Shown here in pieces: positions 28,391 through 38,251 of a stretch of 64,000 nt of DNA. The notes below the pieces were generated by a model that saw only the letters and a program-made list of their open reading frames with translations, was not told the DNA's origin and did no database searches. The DNA lies in assembly GCA_036339735.1 (NCBI GenBank), contig JAYZAL010000088.1:56286-120285 (forward strand), written 5' to 3'. The translations under genes and the position numbers were made by a program. This stretch comes from Candidatus Poribacteria bacterium. Its GTDB lineage: Bacteria; Poribacteria; WGA-4E; UBA9662. Each line of letters starts with the position of its first letter. The stretch's first letter is position 1.

Positions 28391-29377
28391 TCACTCACCC
28401 ACTGTTTCAGCGTGCGTGATGATAGCTTCAGCAACGTTAATTTTTGTAACAGCTTCTATTTCTTCTAATCCTGGAGAAGGATTGACTTCCAACACAACAT
28501 ATTCTGCGTCAGCTATCATGTTATGTGCTTCGAGTAGATCTACACCAGCTACATCCAGCCCCAGAGCCTTCGTAGAACGAACAGCGAGATCAGATAATTG
28601 GTTTGAAATGTTAATCGGTCGACCTTGACCACCTCTGTGGACATTGGCCCTATACTCCCCGCTAGCAGCAGTTCGTTTCATCGCGGCTACAACACGACCA
28701 CCGGCCACGATAATCCGAATATCTTGACCGGAAGCTTTACCAATGAACGGTTGCATCATGTAGTCTTGGTGAAACTCGCACATGGCTTCCACAGATGAAT
28801 GTAGAGATAAAGGGGTATCCATCAGCATGAAACCTCGACCATGTGTACCTTGGAATGGCTTCATTAAAATTGGATAATCTCCTATCTCGTTTACTGATGC
28901 GTCTAAAAAATCCGGAGAACCTATTGTAAAGCTTGGAACCACTGGTATGTCGTTTTCGGCTAATCGGCGTAAACTACGAAACTTATGTCGTGCCACTAAA
29001 ATTTCTTGTGACCGATTTAACAGAGGTACACCTATGCTTTCAAAATGCGAGAGCACTTCAGTAGCAAACGTTACGGTCGTGCTACTGAGACGAGGTATAA
29101 TCAAGTCGAGATCAAAAATAGGTTTTCCATCGTACAGTATATGTAAGCAGTCAATGTTACCGTGTTCACTTGTTCTACCCACTCCAGCACTTTTTGGTTG
29201 TTTAGTCTGATCTGGTCTAAAACGAAGCTGTCTTTGGTAACAAGTGGGCAAATCGATATGAAGTGAAAATCGAAAAGGATCCAAGACAATAACCTGATGC
29301 TGTGCTGACTTAGCCGCTTCGACTAACCTTCTGGTCGAATAACTATGACTAGCCCGAGACAAAATGCCAATTCTCAT
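28391..29377 (-). CDS. rimK: RimK-family alpha-L-glutamate ligase (ATP-grasp) with an internal insertion of about 30 aa
   Basis: 328 aa. Colinear with E. coli RimK: MRIGILSR matches MKIAILSR, DIRIIVAGGRVVAAMKR matches DIRCLVVGDEVVAAIER, ANVHRGG matches SNLHRGG, and LDVAGVDLL and EVNPSPGLE also match. There is an extra segment between residues about 45 and 95. Confidence 0.8.
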   Translation of the reverse strand: MRIGILSRASHSYSTRRLVEAAKSAQHQVIVLDPFRFSLHIDLPTCYQRQLRFRPDQTKQPKSAGVGRTSEHGNIDCLHILYDGKPIFDLDLIIPRLSSTTVTFATEVLSHFESIGVPLLNRSQEILVARHKFRSLRRLAENDIPVVPSFTIGSPDFLDASVNEIGDYPILMKPFQGTHGRGFMLMDTPLSLHSSVEAMCEFHQDYMMQPFIGKASGQDIRIIVAGGRVVAAMKRTAASGEYRANVHRGGQGRPINISNQLSDLAVRSTKALGLDVAGVDLLEAHNMIADAEYVVLEVNPSPGLEEIEAVTKINVAEAIITHAETVGE

Positions 29378-29397
29378 TCGAATCAGTGATAGGGCAG

Positions 29398-30465
29398 CTA
29401 GATGGTAACTATCTTTCCTGTTATGACTGATTCGGCTTCCTTATAGCATAAAGCCAGAGCATCCCTAGCTTTTGTACCTGACAAGAAACCAGAATCGGCC
29501 GATTGTCCACTATTGAGGTGTGAAATCGCATAATCGATTTCGTTAGTGAAAGCATCTACCGGATCAACCTCTCCCAAATCTGGATAGTATACATCACCCG
29601 TATTTTGTATCAGCGTCAATGGTTGCGAAACACCTTGGCCACCTAAAGTAGACGATGAAAAAGTCAACGTTGCTTTCTCGAAGAAAATTTCAAAACCGTG
29701 ACTGAATGAACGCCCTTTTGCTGAAATCCCGCCCGACCAAGTAGAAACTGCTAACTGTGGTCTTTCGGGATAAATATATTGGGTTGAAAGGTAGTCCACA
29801 AACTGAGTATTCTTTCCATCTTCAGTTGTGGCAATTTTACCCTGAGAAAAAACTGCTGAAGGCATTCCACACAACAGCTGAATAAAGTGAGTATCGTGGA
29901 TATGTAAATCTATACCGGGTGCCCCACTTTTGGTGATCTCTTGCAGCGTTCGCTCCGACGGTTGGCTGATTAATCGACGTAAATGAAGTCCCAACAAATC
30001 TCCGTGTTCGCCACTTTGAACTGCTTTTAGAGCATAGTTGAATTCGGGGAAAAACGGCAAAACATGGGCAACCATAAAGTGTTTTTCACTCTGTTCGCTA
30101 ACTGCTACCATTTCGTTTGCAGACTGGATATCAACTTCAATGGGTTTCTCACATAGAACATGCTTACCAGCTTTTAGGGCTGCGATAGTTACTTCTTTGT
30201 GATATTGAGTGGGCAAACAGATGTCCACCAAATCTACGTTGGGATCGGCCAGTAAGTCATCAATCTGGTCGTATGTTGATAACCCTGACAAGTCTTCTAT
30301 TCCACCACGAGGTCCAAAGTTACCTTGAATACTACTCCAGTCCCCAGATAATTTTTTGGGATCCCGTGTACAGATAGCGGTTACTTGACATCCCTCAACT
30401 TTTTTGGCCCCATAATAGTGAATCATACCCATAAAACCAAGTCCAATAATGCCAATTCGAGTCAT
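29398..30465 (-). CDS. Gfo/Idh/MocA family NAD(P)-dependent oxidoreductase
   Basis: Start chosen at the internal Met (MTRIGIIGLGFMG, Rossmann GxGxxG) at 30465, which avoids overlapping the upstream gene. The track ORF extends to 30525. Confidence 0.8.
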   Translation of the reverse strand: MTRIGIIGLGFMGMIHYYGAKKVEGCQVTAICTRDPKKLSGDWSSIQGNFGPRGGIEDLSGLSTYDQIDDLLADPNVDLVDICLPTQYHKEVTIAALKAGKHVLCEKPIEVDIQSANEMVAVSEQSEKHFMVAHVLPFFPEFNYALKAVQSGEHGDLLGLHLRRLISQPSERTLQEITKSGAPGIDLHIHDTHFIQLLCGMPSAVFSQGKIATTEDGKNTQFVDYLSTQYIYPERPQLAVSTWSGGISAKGRSFSHGFEIFFEKATLTFSSSTLGGQGVSQPLTLIQNTGDVYYPDLGEVDPVDAFTNEIDYAISHLNSGQSADSGFLSGTKARDALALCYKEAESVITGKIVTI

Positions 30466-30502
30466 ATTTTTATCTCCAAATCTGATATTTTTTTTCAGGC
30501 AA

Positions 30503-31309
30503 TTAAAAAGGGAATGTACCAGCATAGCCTAGCTGATCCAGAGTAAATTGTGGATTACTAACGAATCTTATGCCTGGAAACATCGGATTTTGCTGATAGT
30601 GTAGAACAATATTGGCACGAGGTTGATTCGGCTCGTCGCTCCCAATTTTAGCTCCTTGATGTGGAATGTGGCTATAGAAAATGACAGCATCTCCAGCCAT
30701 AGGGTGCAGATCAACATATGATTGGTTGTCACACCAGGCCTGAAAAGGATTTTTTCGATCGTCTGTATAGTGGGCATGTGGACGTACGTCAGGTGGAATC
30801 GATTTAGAAAAAAAATCGCTCAAAAAACGCAATCGGCCCTTTTGTGGAGGGTTGTCTGTTAGATAAAAAGTCGTATTCATACACAACCCGATAACTGGTT
30901 GCTTAGATTCTGCTCGTTCTTCTTGGTACCAATAATCATAAAAATCCATATGCCACTCCTGTAGATAAGACCGTGGGTTCACATGAGCCCGTAGACTGCG
31001 GAGTTGACACTGTTTACCCAGAATAGATTTCAGGTACGGCGAGACACTCTCGTGAGCAATCAGTTCTTTTGACTTTTCAGGTTCTATCTCCAGTAATTTT
31101 TCAAAAGCTACATTACCAACACTATTGTCGATTTCATACCTTTCTTCTTGATATAAAGAATAGAGAATTTTTTGCCATTTGGTGACCAGACCAGTACTTA
31201 GAGCATTTCTAATCAACAGAAAACCGTGCCGGTTTAAATAATCTAATTTTTCTTCAAATATACTGTTCCCGTCCACGCTAATCTCCCTTTTAATGTTTTC
31301 ACTAATCAA
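30503..31309 (-). CDS. phytanoyl-CoA dioxygenase (PhyH) family Fe(II)/2OG dioxygenase
   Basis: 268 aa. WHMDFYD (HxD) and FYSHIPHQG (distal His) motifs. Confidence 0.6.
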   Translation of the reverse strand: MISENIKREISVDGNSIFEEKLDYLNRHGFLLIRNALSTGLVTKWQKILYSLYQEERYEIDNSVGNVAFEKLLEIEPEKSKELIAHESVSPYLKSILGKQCQLRSLRAHVNPRSYLQEWHMDFYDYWYQEERAESKQPVIGLCMNTTFYLTDNPPQKGRLRFLSDFFSKSIPPDVRPHAHYTDDRKNPFQAWCDNQSYVDLHPMAGDAVIFYSHIPHQGAKIGSDEPNQPRANIVLHYQQNPMFPGIRFVSNPQFTLDQLGYAGTFPF

Positions 31310-31372
31310 GTTAGAGGCCAGTTTAAGTGGCCGAACCCTTGGTGTTAATTAGCTTAGTTCAGAATTAGTAAG

Positions 31373-32149
31373 TTATTCCGGTGTTACATACGCTGATGAG
31401 ATTCCACCATCAACTACAAAATCTGCTCCATTGACATAACTTGAGTCATCACTAGCAAGAAACAGAGCGGCTTTTGCCATTTCTTCGGCTAAACCAAATC
31501 GCCCCATGGGAACATGAACCAGGCGCCGCTGTTTTTTTTCGTCGGTGTTTAAAAAGTCCATCAATAGTTTGGTATGAAGTGGTCCTGGACAGAGAGCATT
31601 ACATCGGATATTTTCCTTAGCATGAACAATCGCTAATTCTCGAGTCATCGCTAGAACCCCGCCTTTACTGGCAGTGTAAGCTAGCTGAGGTGTAGCAGCC
31701 CCCATCAGTGCCACAAAAGATGCGGTGTTGATTACACATCCTCCACCACTTCGTTGAATAGCAGGTATTCCAAATTTACAGCCTAGGAAGACTCCCTTTA
31801 GGTTGACATCCATCGTCAGATCCCAAATTTCTTCTGGAGTCTGCATTGCATTGCCGTCGTCTGGGTGCATTATGCCAGCATTGTTGAATAAAATGTGAAG
31901 GCCACCAAATCTTTCTTCAGCAATACTAATCATGTCCTTACAGTCATCAGACTTCGACACATCCGCATGGCAATAAATCACCTCAGAACTGATCTGTTTT
32001 ACTAAATCAATTGTCTCGTGTCCCTCTTCAGTATTTACATCTACTGCGACAATGCTTGCCCCTTCTTGCGCGAATAGCAATGCAGTCGCTCGACCAATAC
32101 CTCCGGAGGCTCCTGTTATTAGTGCAACTCGACCGTCTAATTTTCCCAT
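31373..32149 (-). CDS. SDR-family short-chain dehydrogenase/reductase
   Basis: 258 aa. TGASGGIGRA cofactor motif, NNAG, and the catalytic YTASK (YxxxK). Confidence 0.9.
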   Translation of the reverse strand: MGKLDGRVALITGASGGIGRATALLFAQEGASIVAVDVNTEEGHETIDLVKQISSEVIYCHADVSKSDDCKDMISIAEERFGGLHILFNNAGIMHPDDGNAMQTPEEIWDLTMDVNLKGVFLGCKFGIPAIQRSGGGCVINTASFVALMGAATPQLAYTASKGGVLAMTRELAIVHAKENIRCNALCPGPLHTKLLMDFLNTDEKKQRRLVHVPMGRFGLAEEMAKAALFLASDDSSYVNGADFVVDGGISSAYVTPE

Positions 32150-32151
32150 TT

Positions 32152-32874
32152 TTATGATTTTTCTTTATTGTTTTGGGGGCGGCAGTGCTGGACAAAATCT
32201 TCGAACAGCCGCCTCTGAATCAAATCATTAGGTTTACTCATTTCTGGGTGCCATTGTACAGCGATTCGCCAAATTTTACCATCCATCTCCACAGCTTCGA
32301 TCGTTCCATCTGGGGCCCAAGCAACAACGGATAATGAATCAGCTACAAAATCTAGCGCCTGATGGTGTAAAGACGGAGCTGAAAAATTCGTACTCTGAAC
32401 TATATCCGCTAACCGAGAATTAGTATCAACGGCAATCGAATGATTAGTTGGTTTACGTGGTGGCAGTCGGTGCTTAACCGATTCACCAACAATATCAGGC
32501 AAATTCTGAATCAATGTTCCTCCTAGAGCTACATTTAATATTTGGATGCCGCGACATATTCCGAACAATGGTTTTTCGGATTCAATCACTTTGTGTGTTA
32601 AAGAAAGTTCATGGCGGTCTCGCTCTAAATCCACACCGTAAACCAACTTGTGTGGTGGTTGATTGTAATGGCTTGGGCATATATCTCCGCCACCGATTAA
32701 CAACACGCCATCTACCGATTTTACTTGCTCTACTTCATCCCCTATTGGTGGTAACATGAGTGGTAGGCCACCAGCATCTGCAATAGATTTAATATAATCA
32801 TGTGGTATTGAATACCGCTGATCCTGATTGAGTCCGTACATGGTCAGCCCAATCACCGGCCTGTCAATTTTCAT
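32152..32874 (-). CDS. gamma-glutamyl-gamma-aminobutyrate hydrolase family protein (PuuD-like class I glutamine amidotransferase / peptidase C26)
   Basis: Start chosen at the Met at 32874 (MKIDRPVIGLTMYG), which abuts the upstream stop at 32876. GICRGIQILNVALGG nucleophile elbow and a C-terminal His (VQWHPE). Confidence 0.75.
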   Translation of the reverse strand: MKIDRPVIGLTMYGLNQDQRYSIPHDYIKSIADAGGLPLMLPPIGDEVEQVKSVDGVLLIGGGDICPSHYNQPPHKLVYGVDLERDRHELSLTHKVIESEKPLFGICRGIQILNVALGGTLIQNLPDIVGESVKHRLPPRKPTNHSIAVDTNSRLADIVQSTNFSAPSLHHQALDFVADSLSVVAWAPDGTIEAVEMDGKIWRIAVQWHPEMSKPNDLIQRRLFEDFVQHCRPQNNKEKS

Positions 32875-32875
32875 T

Positions 32876-34240
32876 TCAGATCCTTTCAAAATACCGTTTA
32901 CGTTCCCAATCAGTGACGGCATTCTCGTATTCACTCTGTTCATTTTGATAAAAATGGACGTAATGATCATGCACAGGTTCGCCTAAAGTACGCCGTACAA
33001 AGTCACTGTTGGAAAAAACTTCTATAGCCTCTCTAAACGTCGTGGGTACAGCTTTCGTTGTTTCCAGATCGTAGGCATTTCCGACGAACTCATCTGGCGG
33101 ATTTAGTTGCCTTTGTATGCCGTCTAGGCCAGAAGCAAGCGAGGCTGCCAAGGCCAGATACGGGTTGCAGTCTGCCCCCGGTATACGACATTCAATCCGC
33201 AAGGAGTCACCACTACCAACCACTCGGAATCCCGCAGTTCTGTTATCATGACTCCAAGCGAGTGTAGTTGGTGCCCAACTACCATGTTGGTATCTTTTGT
33301 AAGAGTTTACAGTCGGAGCATAAAAAGGCATAAATTCTGGTGCATGCTCGATCCATCCTGCAAGGAATTTCAGGAAAAGATCAGAACATTTGATCCGTCC
33401 AAATACTTGATTGCCAGCAAAGACATTTCGTCCATTTGACCACAAACTCAGATGAATATGGCAACTCGATCCTGCCTGATCCTGTTCTTGTTTTGCCATA
33501 AAAGTTACGCTAATGTCGTTCTGATCGGCTAGTTCTTTGGCACATTGCTTGATTAATAGGTGGCGGTCCGCCATTTCGCCAATTTCAGCATATGCCACAT
33601 TAATTTCATGTTGTCCTAGCCCCCACTCACCTTTAGTAGATTCAACGGGAATGCCGGATCGTTTCAATTGTCGACGTAATTCCCCGTGATAACTCTCTCG
33701 GCGTGCACCTTGTAAGATGTGATAGTCCTCTAAGTACCATCCGCTTGGTGTTAAATTTACAAAATTTTGTTGATGTGCTTGTTCGAAGCTTTGCCGAAAT
33801 AAATAGTATTCTAATTCTGTTGCGGCTTTAGCCTGGTAACCTTGTTCAGAGGTCAATTGAATCTGATTCTTCAGGATGCTACGTGGTAGCTGAGGGACCA
33901 ACTGATGTGATGACTCATCAACAATGTCGCAAATAACAACCGCTGTTCGATCTGCCCAAGACAGAACCCGTAAGGTAGAAATATCTGGTTGCATATGAAA
34001 ATCACCGTAACCCTCGTCCCAGTTAGCGAAAGTATATCCTTCTACCGGTTCCATTTCCATGTCAACAGTTGCCAGATAATTACAACCATGTGTTCCTTTC
34101 TGAGCCACAGAATTCAGAAAAAAATCGGCGTCAAATCGTTTTCCCAAGAGTGTGCCATAAAGGCCCGGAAACGCGACAACAACTGTATCTACCGATCCAG
34201 TATCTACTTTCTCCCTAAGTTGCTCAATGGATATAATCAT
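32876..34240 (-). CDS. glutamine synthetase-family gamma-glutamyl ligase (PuuA/GlnA3-like)
   Basis: 454 aa. GS catalytic-domain motifs (GSSCHIHLSLW, NSYKRY, and a C-terminal region resembling the GS ATP/NH3 site) without a canonical GSI N-terminus, as in gamma-glutamylpolyamine synthetases. Confidence 0.8.
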   Translation of the reverse strand: MIISIEQLREKVDTGSVDTVVVAFPGLYGTLLGKRFDADFFLNSVAQKGTHGCNYLATVDMEMEPVEGYTFANWDEGYGDFHMQPDISTLRVLSWADRTAVVICDIVDESSHQLVPQLPRSILKNQIQLTSEQGYQAKAATELEYYLFRQSFEQAHQQNFVNLTPSGWYLEDYHILQGARRESYHGELRRQLKRSGIPVESTKGEWGLGQHEINVAYAEIGEMADRHLLIKQCAKELADQNDISVTFMAKQEQDQAGSSCHIHLSLWSNGRNVFAGNQVFGRIKCSDLFLKFLAGWIEHAPEFMPFYAPTVNSYKRYQHGSWAPTTLAWSHDNRTAGFRVVGSGDSLRIECRIPGADCNPYLALAASLASGLDGIQRQLNPPDEFVGNAYDLETTKAVPTTFREAIEVFSNSDFVRRTLGEPVHDHYVHFYQNEQSEYENAVTDWERKRYFERI

Positions 34241-34373
34241 TCTGGCCTCCCATTAGAAATGATTTCTCTAAAATTGCAGATTCATTTTCAAATTGTTTGT
34301 TCCTTAGCCTAACTTTTTTATTACTAAGTTAAGCTCTGAGAAAATAAACATATGATAATTGAAAAGTCCATTT

Positions 34374-35600
34374 TTAGCCTTCTAAAGAGAAACAAATCAG
34401 TTTATCAAGAGAACGAACATAAATCTTGTCTCGACTGACTGCCAGATGAGCCCAAGTTTCTGACTTGCTAATTTTCTGCTTATCAATAACTTCAAATTTT
34501 TCAGGTGAAGCGTTTACCAGATACAAAACACCTCTCTGGTCAAGACCTAAGATTCGATCTCCATCTGTAACCATGCTCCAGTATTTACCAAATGGTTTAC
34601 TAGTCCAAGCGATTTCTCCGGTCTGAAGATCCATACAGATCACACGTTGGTTACGCAAATGCATGTAAACGTGATCTTTGAGAATTAAAGGACTAGACAT
34701 ATAACCCTGGATGGTATTAGACCATTTTGATTCTTTGGCTAGAACACCGGAATCTAATTCGTACAAAAAGGACCCACCACCGTATGAACTGGTAAAAAAA
34801 CTATTTTCGTAGCGTGAAGGGGTTTGAATGTTCATACCACGAAATGCAGGAATTGTGACACCCCACAATTTTTCACCATTATGCCAATTGATGCTGGCTA
34901 ACTCTGTACGAGTTTGAACTATCAATTGAAGATCATTATCAATTACTTCAATAATTGGAGATGAAAATGCGCCCCCATACATTCCCCCACTATCTTTTAG
35001 CGCTTGCCAAATAACCTCACCTGTATCAACATTCAATTGAAAAACACCACCGGAGGCTTGAACTACGACCTTATCTTGATATACTAGAGGTGAACAAACA
35101 AAACCAAAAGAAGACATAGTTGTTTCGAATTGCTCGACGAAGTCTACTTGCCAAATCTTCTCACCATCCTCCACACTAAGACAAGTTAAAACGTCTCTCA
35201 TGCCAGCTACAAAAATCTTGTCCCCAGCCACTGTAGGTGTAGACTTGATCCAACTTCCGTTCGAGGCTGCAAAAAAAGGTACTTTCATGGCACCAAGCCA
35301 CTTGGAAGTCCATATTAATTCACCAGTTGCTGCATTATAGCAATAAACAACTTCGTATTTCTCATCAACTGTCGCCGTGGTAAAAACTTTTCCTTCGTAA
35401 GTTACAGGTCCTGAATAACTAGGGCTAAGATCTATTTCCCACTTTTTCTGCAAACCAGATAGGTGTTCTGGCAATTCAGAAATAAGCATTCCATCTCGGC
35501 TTGGTCCTCTCCACTGACTCCAATCTAGTTTTTCAGCAGCAGGCAAGCTATTATAACTCAAAAACAGCAGAAGCATAAAAGCATTCAAAAAAAATATCAT
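34374..35600 (-). CDS. secreted PQQ-like beta-propeller repeat protein (BamB-like fold), paralog A
   Basis: 408 aa. Signal peptide, then DWSQWRGPSRDG, then repeated (Y/W)xxxxG..W beta-propeller blades. Confidence 0.7.
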   Translation of the reverse strand: MIFFLNAFMLLLFLSYNSLPAAEKLDWSQWRGPSRDGMLISELPEHLSGLQKKWEIDLSPSYSGPVTYEGKVFTTATVDEKYEVVYCYNAATGELIWTSKWLGAMKVPFFAASNGSWIKSTPTVAGDKIFVAGMRDVLTCLSVEDGEKIWQVDFVEQFETTMSSFGFVCSPLVYQDKVVVQASGGVFQLNVDTGEVIWQALKDSGGMYGGAFSSPIIEVIDNDLQLIVQTRTELASINWHNGEKLWGVTIPAFRGMNIQTPSRYENSFFTSSYGGGSFLYELDSGVLAKESKWSNTIQGYMSSPLILKDHVYMHLRNQRVICMDLQTGEIAWTSKPFGKYWSMVTDGDRILGLDQRGVLYLVNASPEKFEVIDKQKISKSETWAHLAVSRDKIYVRSLDKLICFSLEG

Positions 35601-36044
35601 TATATTTCCCTTTTTAATAAATAATAAGGTCTTAAAAAAATAGCTATCAGCTCTCGTTTGTAACTCAGATTGTTTAAACTAAAAATAATTTGCAACACAT
35701 TCATTTATTGTTCATCAAATCATTTTGTACTGGAGGGAATATTATTAGTCACATATTAGTCACAGCTGAATGATTTTTCCCTTCTCTGAACCAAACTCAA
35801 ATTGTAAGACGAGATTAATCGATAGTCCAAAAAATTAGCACCATTAACCTAGGTTATTTATCGGCAAGAAAGCATCCAAGGATTTTTAGCCCCATGTAAT
35901 GGAAAAAATATAATGGGAACTGTCCTATGTAGATTCTTTATAAAAAGTTATCTATACAGGACTACTAATCTACAGAAAAGACGAAAAGTAGCTAGTATGG
36001 GAAAGGAATATATTGATAGGCAAATCTGGCTAAAACGCGAAATC

Positions 36045-36890
36045 TTATGGAATCGACCCGATATTCACCTCTGCAATAACAGGAAGATGATCAGATGGAA
36101 ATCTTCCGGACCAAGAATCGCTTAAAGTTGCGTAACTCAAGACGGTAACGTTGTGTTTGACGAAAATATAGTCAATTCGACTTCCTGGTATACCGGGAAA
36201 CTGAAACTTGCTTACCGTGCCTTCTGGCCCATGTGGGGGTTGAAGCGACAGTGATCTCGCATCACTCACAACTCCTGACTCATCACCTTCTGTGAGAATT
36301 CGATAAGGGCTAGACGTCGGCGATGTATTAAAATCACCAGTCAATAAAACAGGAAGATATTCTGAGTTCATCTGTTCGATCTTGGATCGAATGAGTTCAG
36401 CACTTTTTACTCTTGCTATTTCTCCCCGATGATCAAGATGTGTGTTAAAGTGAAAAAAGACCTGGTTTGTATGTGAATCATGAAATTTCACCCAAGTGAC
36501 GATGCGGGGCAAACTAGCATCCCATCCAGTTGTTGGCATTTTAGGTGATTCAGATAACCAAAAGGTATCACTTTGCAAAACCTGAAAACGATTTCTCCGA
36601 AACCAGATGGCACTATATTCGCCGTCGGTTAGACCATCGTTTCGACCAACTCCTACAAAATCATAGTCTGGTAATAACTTAACTAAGTCTTCCATTTGCT
36701 CATGTAATGCTTCTTGTACACCAATCAAATCAGCTCGGTGAAATAGGATGGTACTTTGTACCATCTGTTTTCGATGAGGCCAAGAATTGTACCCATCGCT
36801 GGAAGTGTTAAGTCGGATATTAAAGCTCATGACTCGTACAGGATGATGCTGGTCGTGTGAAACCGATGGCGATGAATTAGATGAAATCAT
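36045..36890 (-). CDS. endonuclease/exonuclease/phosphatase (EEP) family protein
   Basis: 281 aa. VMSFNIR N-terminal motif, GDFN, and SDHLPV C-terminal motif of the EEP fold. Confidence 0.75.
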   Translation of the reverse strand: MISSNSSPSVSHDQHHPVRVMSFNIRLNTSSDGYNSWPHRKQMVQSTILFHRADLIGVQEALHEQMEDLVKLLPDYDFVGVGRNDGLTDGEYSAIWFRRNRFQVLQSDTFWLSESPKMPTTGWDASLPRIVTWVKFHDSHTNQVFFHFNTHLDHRGEIARVKSAELIRSKIEQMNSEYLPVLLTGDFNTSPTSSPYRILTEGDESGVVSDARSLSLQPPHGPEGTVSKFQFPGIPGSRIDYIFVKHNVTVLSYATLSDSWSGRFPSDHLPVIAEVNIGSIP

Positions 36891-37153
36891 AAATAATTAA
36901 GATATGCATTAGAAAAGAGTTAATAAAACAGTTACCCCTTTCAGGATAACAAAATTTCGATTTTTTTTAAATAGTGAATAGGTACACATAAAAGTAATAG
37001 AAGCTTTTTCTATCTTCCACTTCTATACTCAAAGATTACCCACATATTTCACGAAAATATCATAACGAATTTCGATTGGCATCGAAATCATCAGAAGACA
37101 ATCCGGCTACAGTACACAAAAAAGATACCTGAAACATTTAGGTGCTCACTGGC

Positions 37154-38251
37154 TCAAGTAATTGTATCGAAAGTAGTACATAGTTCTTGTGCTTGACCTG
37201 TTTTTGCTGACCTATAACCCGCGTCGAAGATTTCAATCACGTGTCGAGCATGCTCAGCCGTTGCAAGCGTTGGTTTATCAGTTCGGATCCAATCCACTAA
37301 CTGCATGATGTCTTCGTAAACATGGGCTTCTTCTATTTGGAGGTGTTCACCAACAACATGTGGCAGACTAGCCCTAGGCGTATTTATGTCGATCGGTTGA
37401 CCGTTCAATTCGCCTCCAGATATAGTACCTTTTGTACCAAAAATAGCAAATCGACCTATATTTGGTAAACCGCCTGCTGCAGTACCATATACAAACCCAA
37501 ACAAAGATTGCCCAAAGTCAATTGTTAACAAGGTATTATCATCCATATCACAGGGAAGCATTTCACCTCGAAACTCTCTCTCATTGATTCGTATGCCGGA
37601 AAATGCAGTCACACGTTTAGCTGGACCTAAAATACCAGTCAACGCATGCAGCCCATAAACAGTCATGTCGTACAGTGGTCCACCACCAGGCTTCCGATAA
37701 TACCAAGCCGGATTTATATTAGAAAGGATATCTTCACCATGTCTCACAGATTCCTTTTCATGATACTGACCAAAAGCTGATCCAGCTACGGCCCAAGTTA
37801 GTTGTCCTAGTGCACCTTCCAGAATCAATTGCCGTATTCTCTGGTTAATAGGTCGTAACATTTCGCCGGGAGAAGAAACTAATTTCACGCCTTTTTTTTG
37901 TGCTAGTTCAATTAAGTTATTAGCTTCATCGACTGTTGTAGTCATCGACTTATTAAAATGCACGTGCACACCGGATTCAATTGCCATTTTTCCTTGCTGG
38001 TAGTGAAAGCTAATAGGGGACGCAATGGTGACAGCATCTACTTTTTTAGAATCTAGTAAATCTCGGTAATCTTCAAAGGCATAGGGAATATTAAATCGAT
38101 TACTAGCAGCTACAGCTCGACCTGGAACAGGGTCGCAGACAGCAGTCATTATTACACGATCATGCACATCATCTAAAGATAAATGAGGCATAATACCACG
38201 CACAGAGATACTACCAGCCCCAACTATACCAAGCCTGACAACTTCACTCAT
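37154..38251 (-). CDS. Gfo/Idh/MocA family oxidoreductase
   Basis: Start at the internal Met at 38251 (MSEVVRLGIVGAGSIS) forms an ATGA overlap with the upstream epimerase stop. The track ORF extends to 38314. Confidence 0.8.
   Translation of the reverse strand: MSEVVRLGIVGAGSISVRGIMPHLSLDDVHDRVIMTAVCDPVPGRAVAASNRFNIPYAFEDYRDLLDSKKVDAVTIASPISFHYQQGKMAIESGVHVHFNKSMTTTVDEANNLIELAQKKGVKLVSSPGEMLRPINQRIRQLILEGALGQLTWAVAGSAFGQYHEKESVRHGEDILSNINPAWYYRKPGGGPLYDMTVYGLHALTGILGPAKRVTAFSGIRINEREFRGEMLPCDMDDNTLLTIDFGQSLFGFVYGTAAGGLPNIGRFAIFGTKGTISGGELNGQPIDINTPRASLPHVVGEHLQIEEAHVYEDIMQLVDWIRTDKPTLATAEHARHVIEIFDAGYRSAKTGQAQELCTTFDTIT

Noticed and set aside
32152-32970. Longer track ORF for the PuuD-like gene (start at 32970) overlapping the GS-like gene by 95 nt
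   Set aside because: The internal Met at 32874 begins the conserved amidotransferase N-terminus and abuts the upstream stop. The first 32 codons are an out-of-frame overlap with a well-supported CDS.
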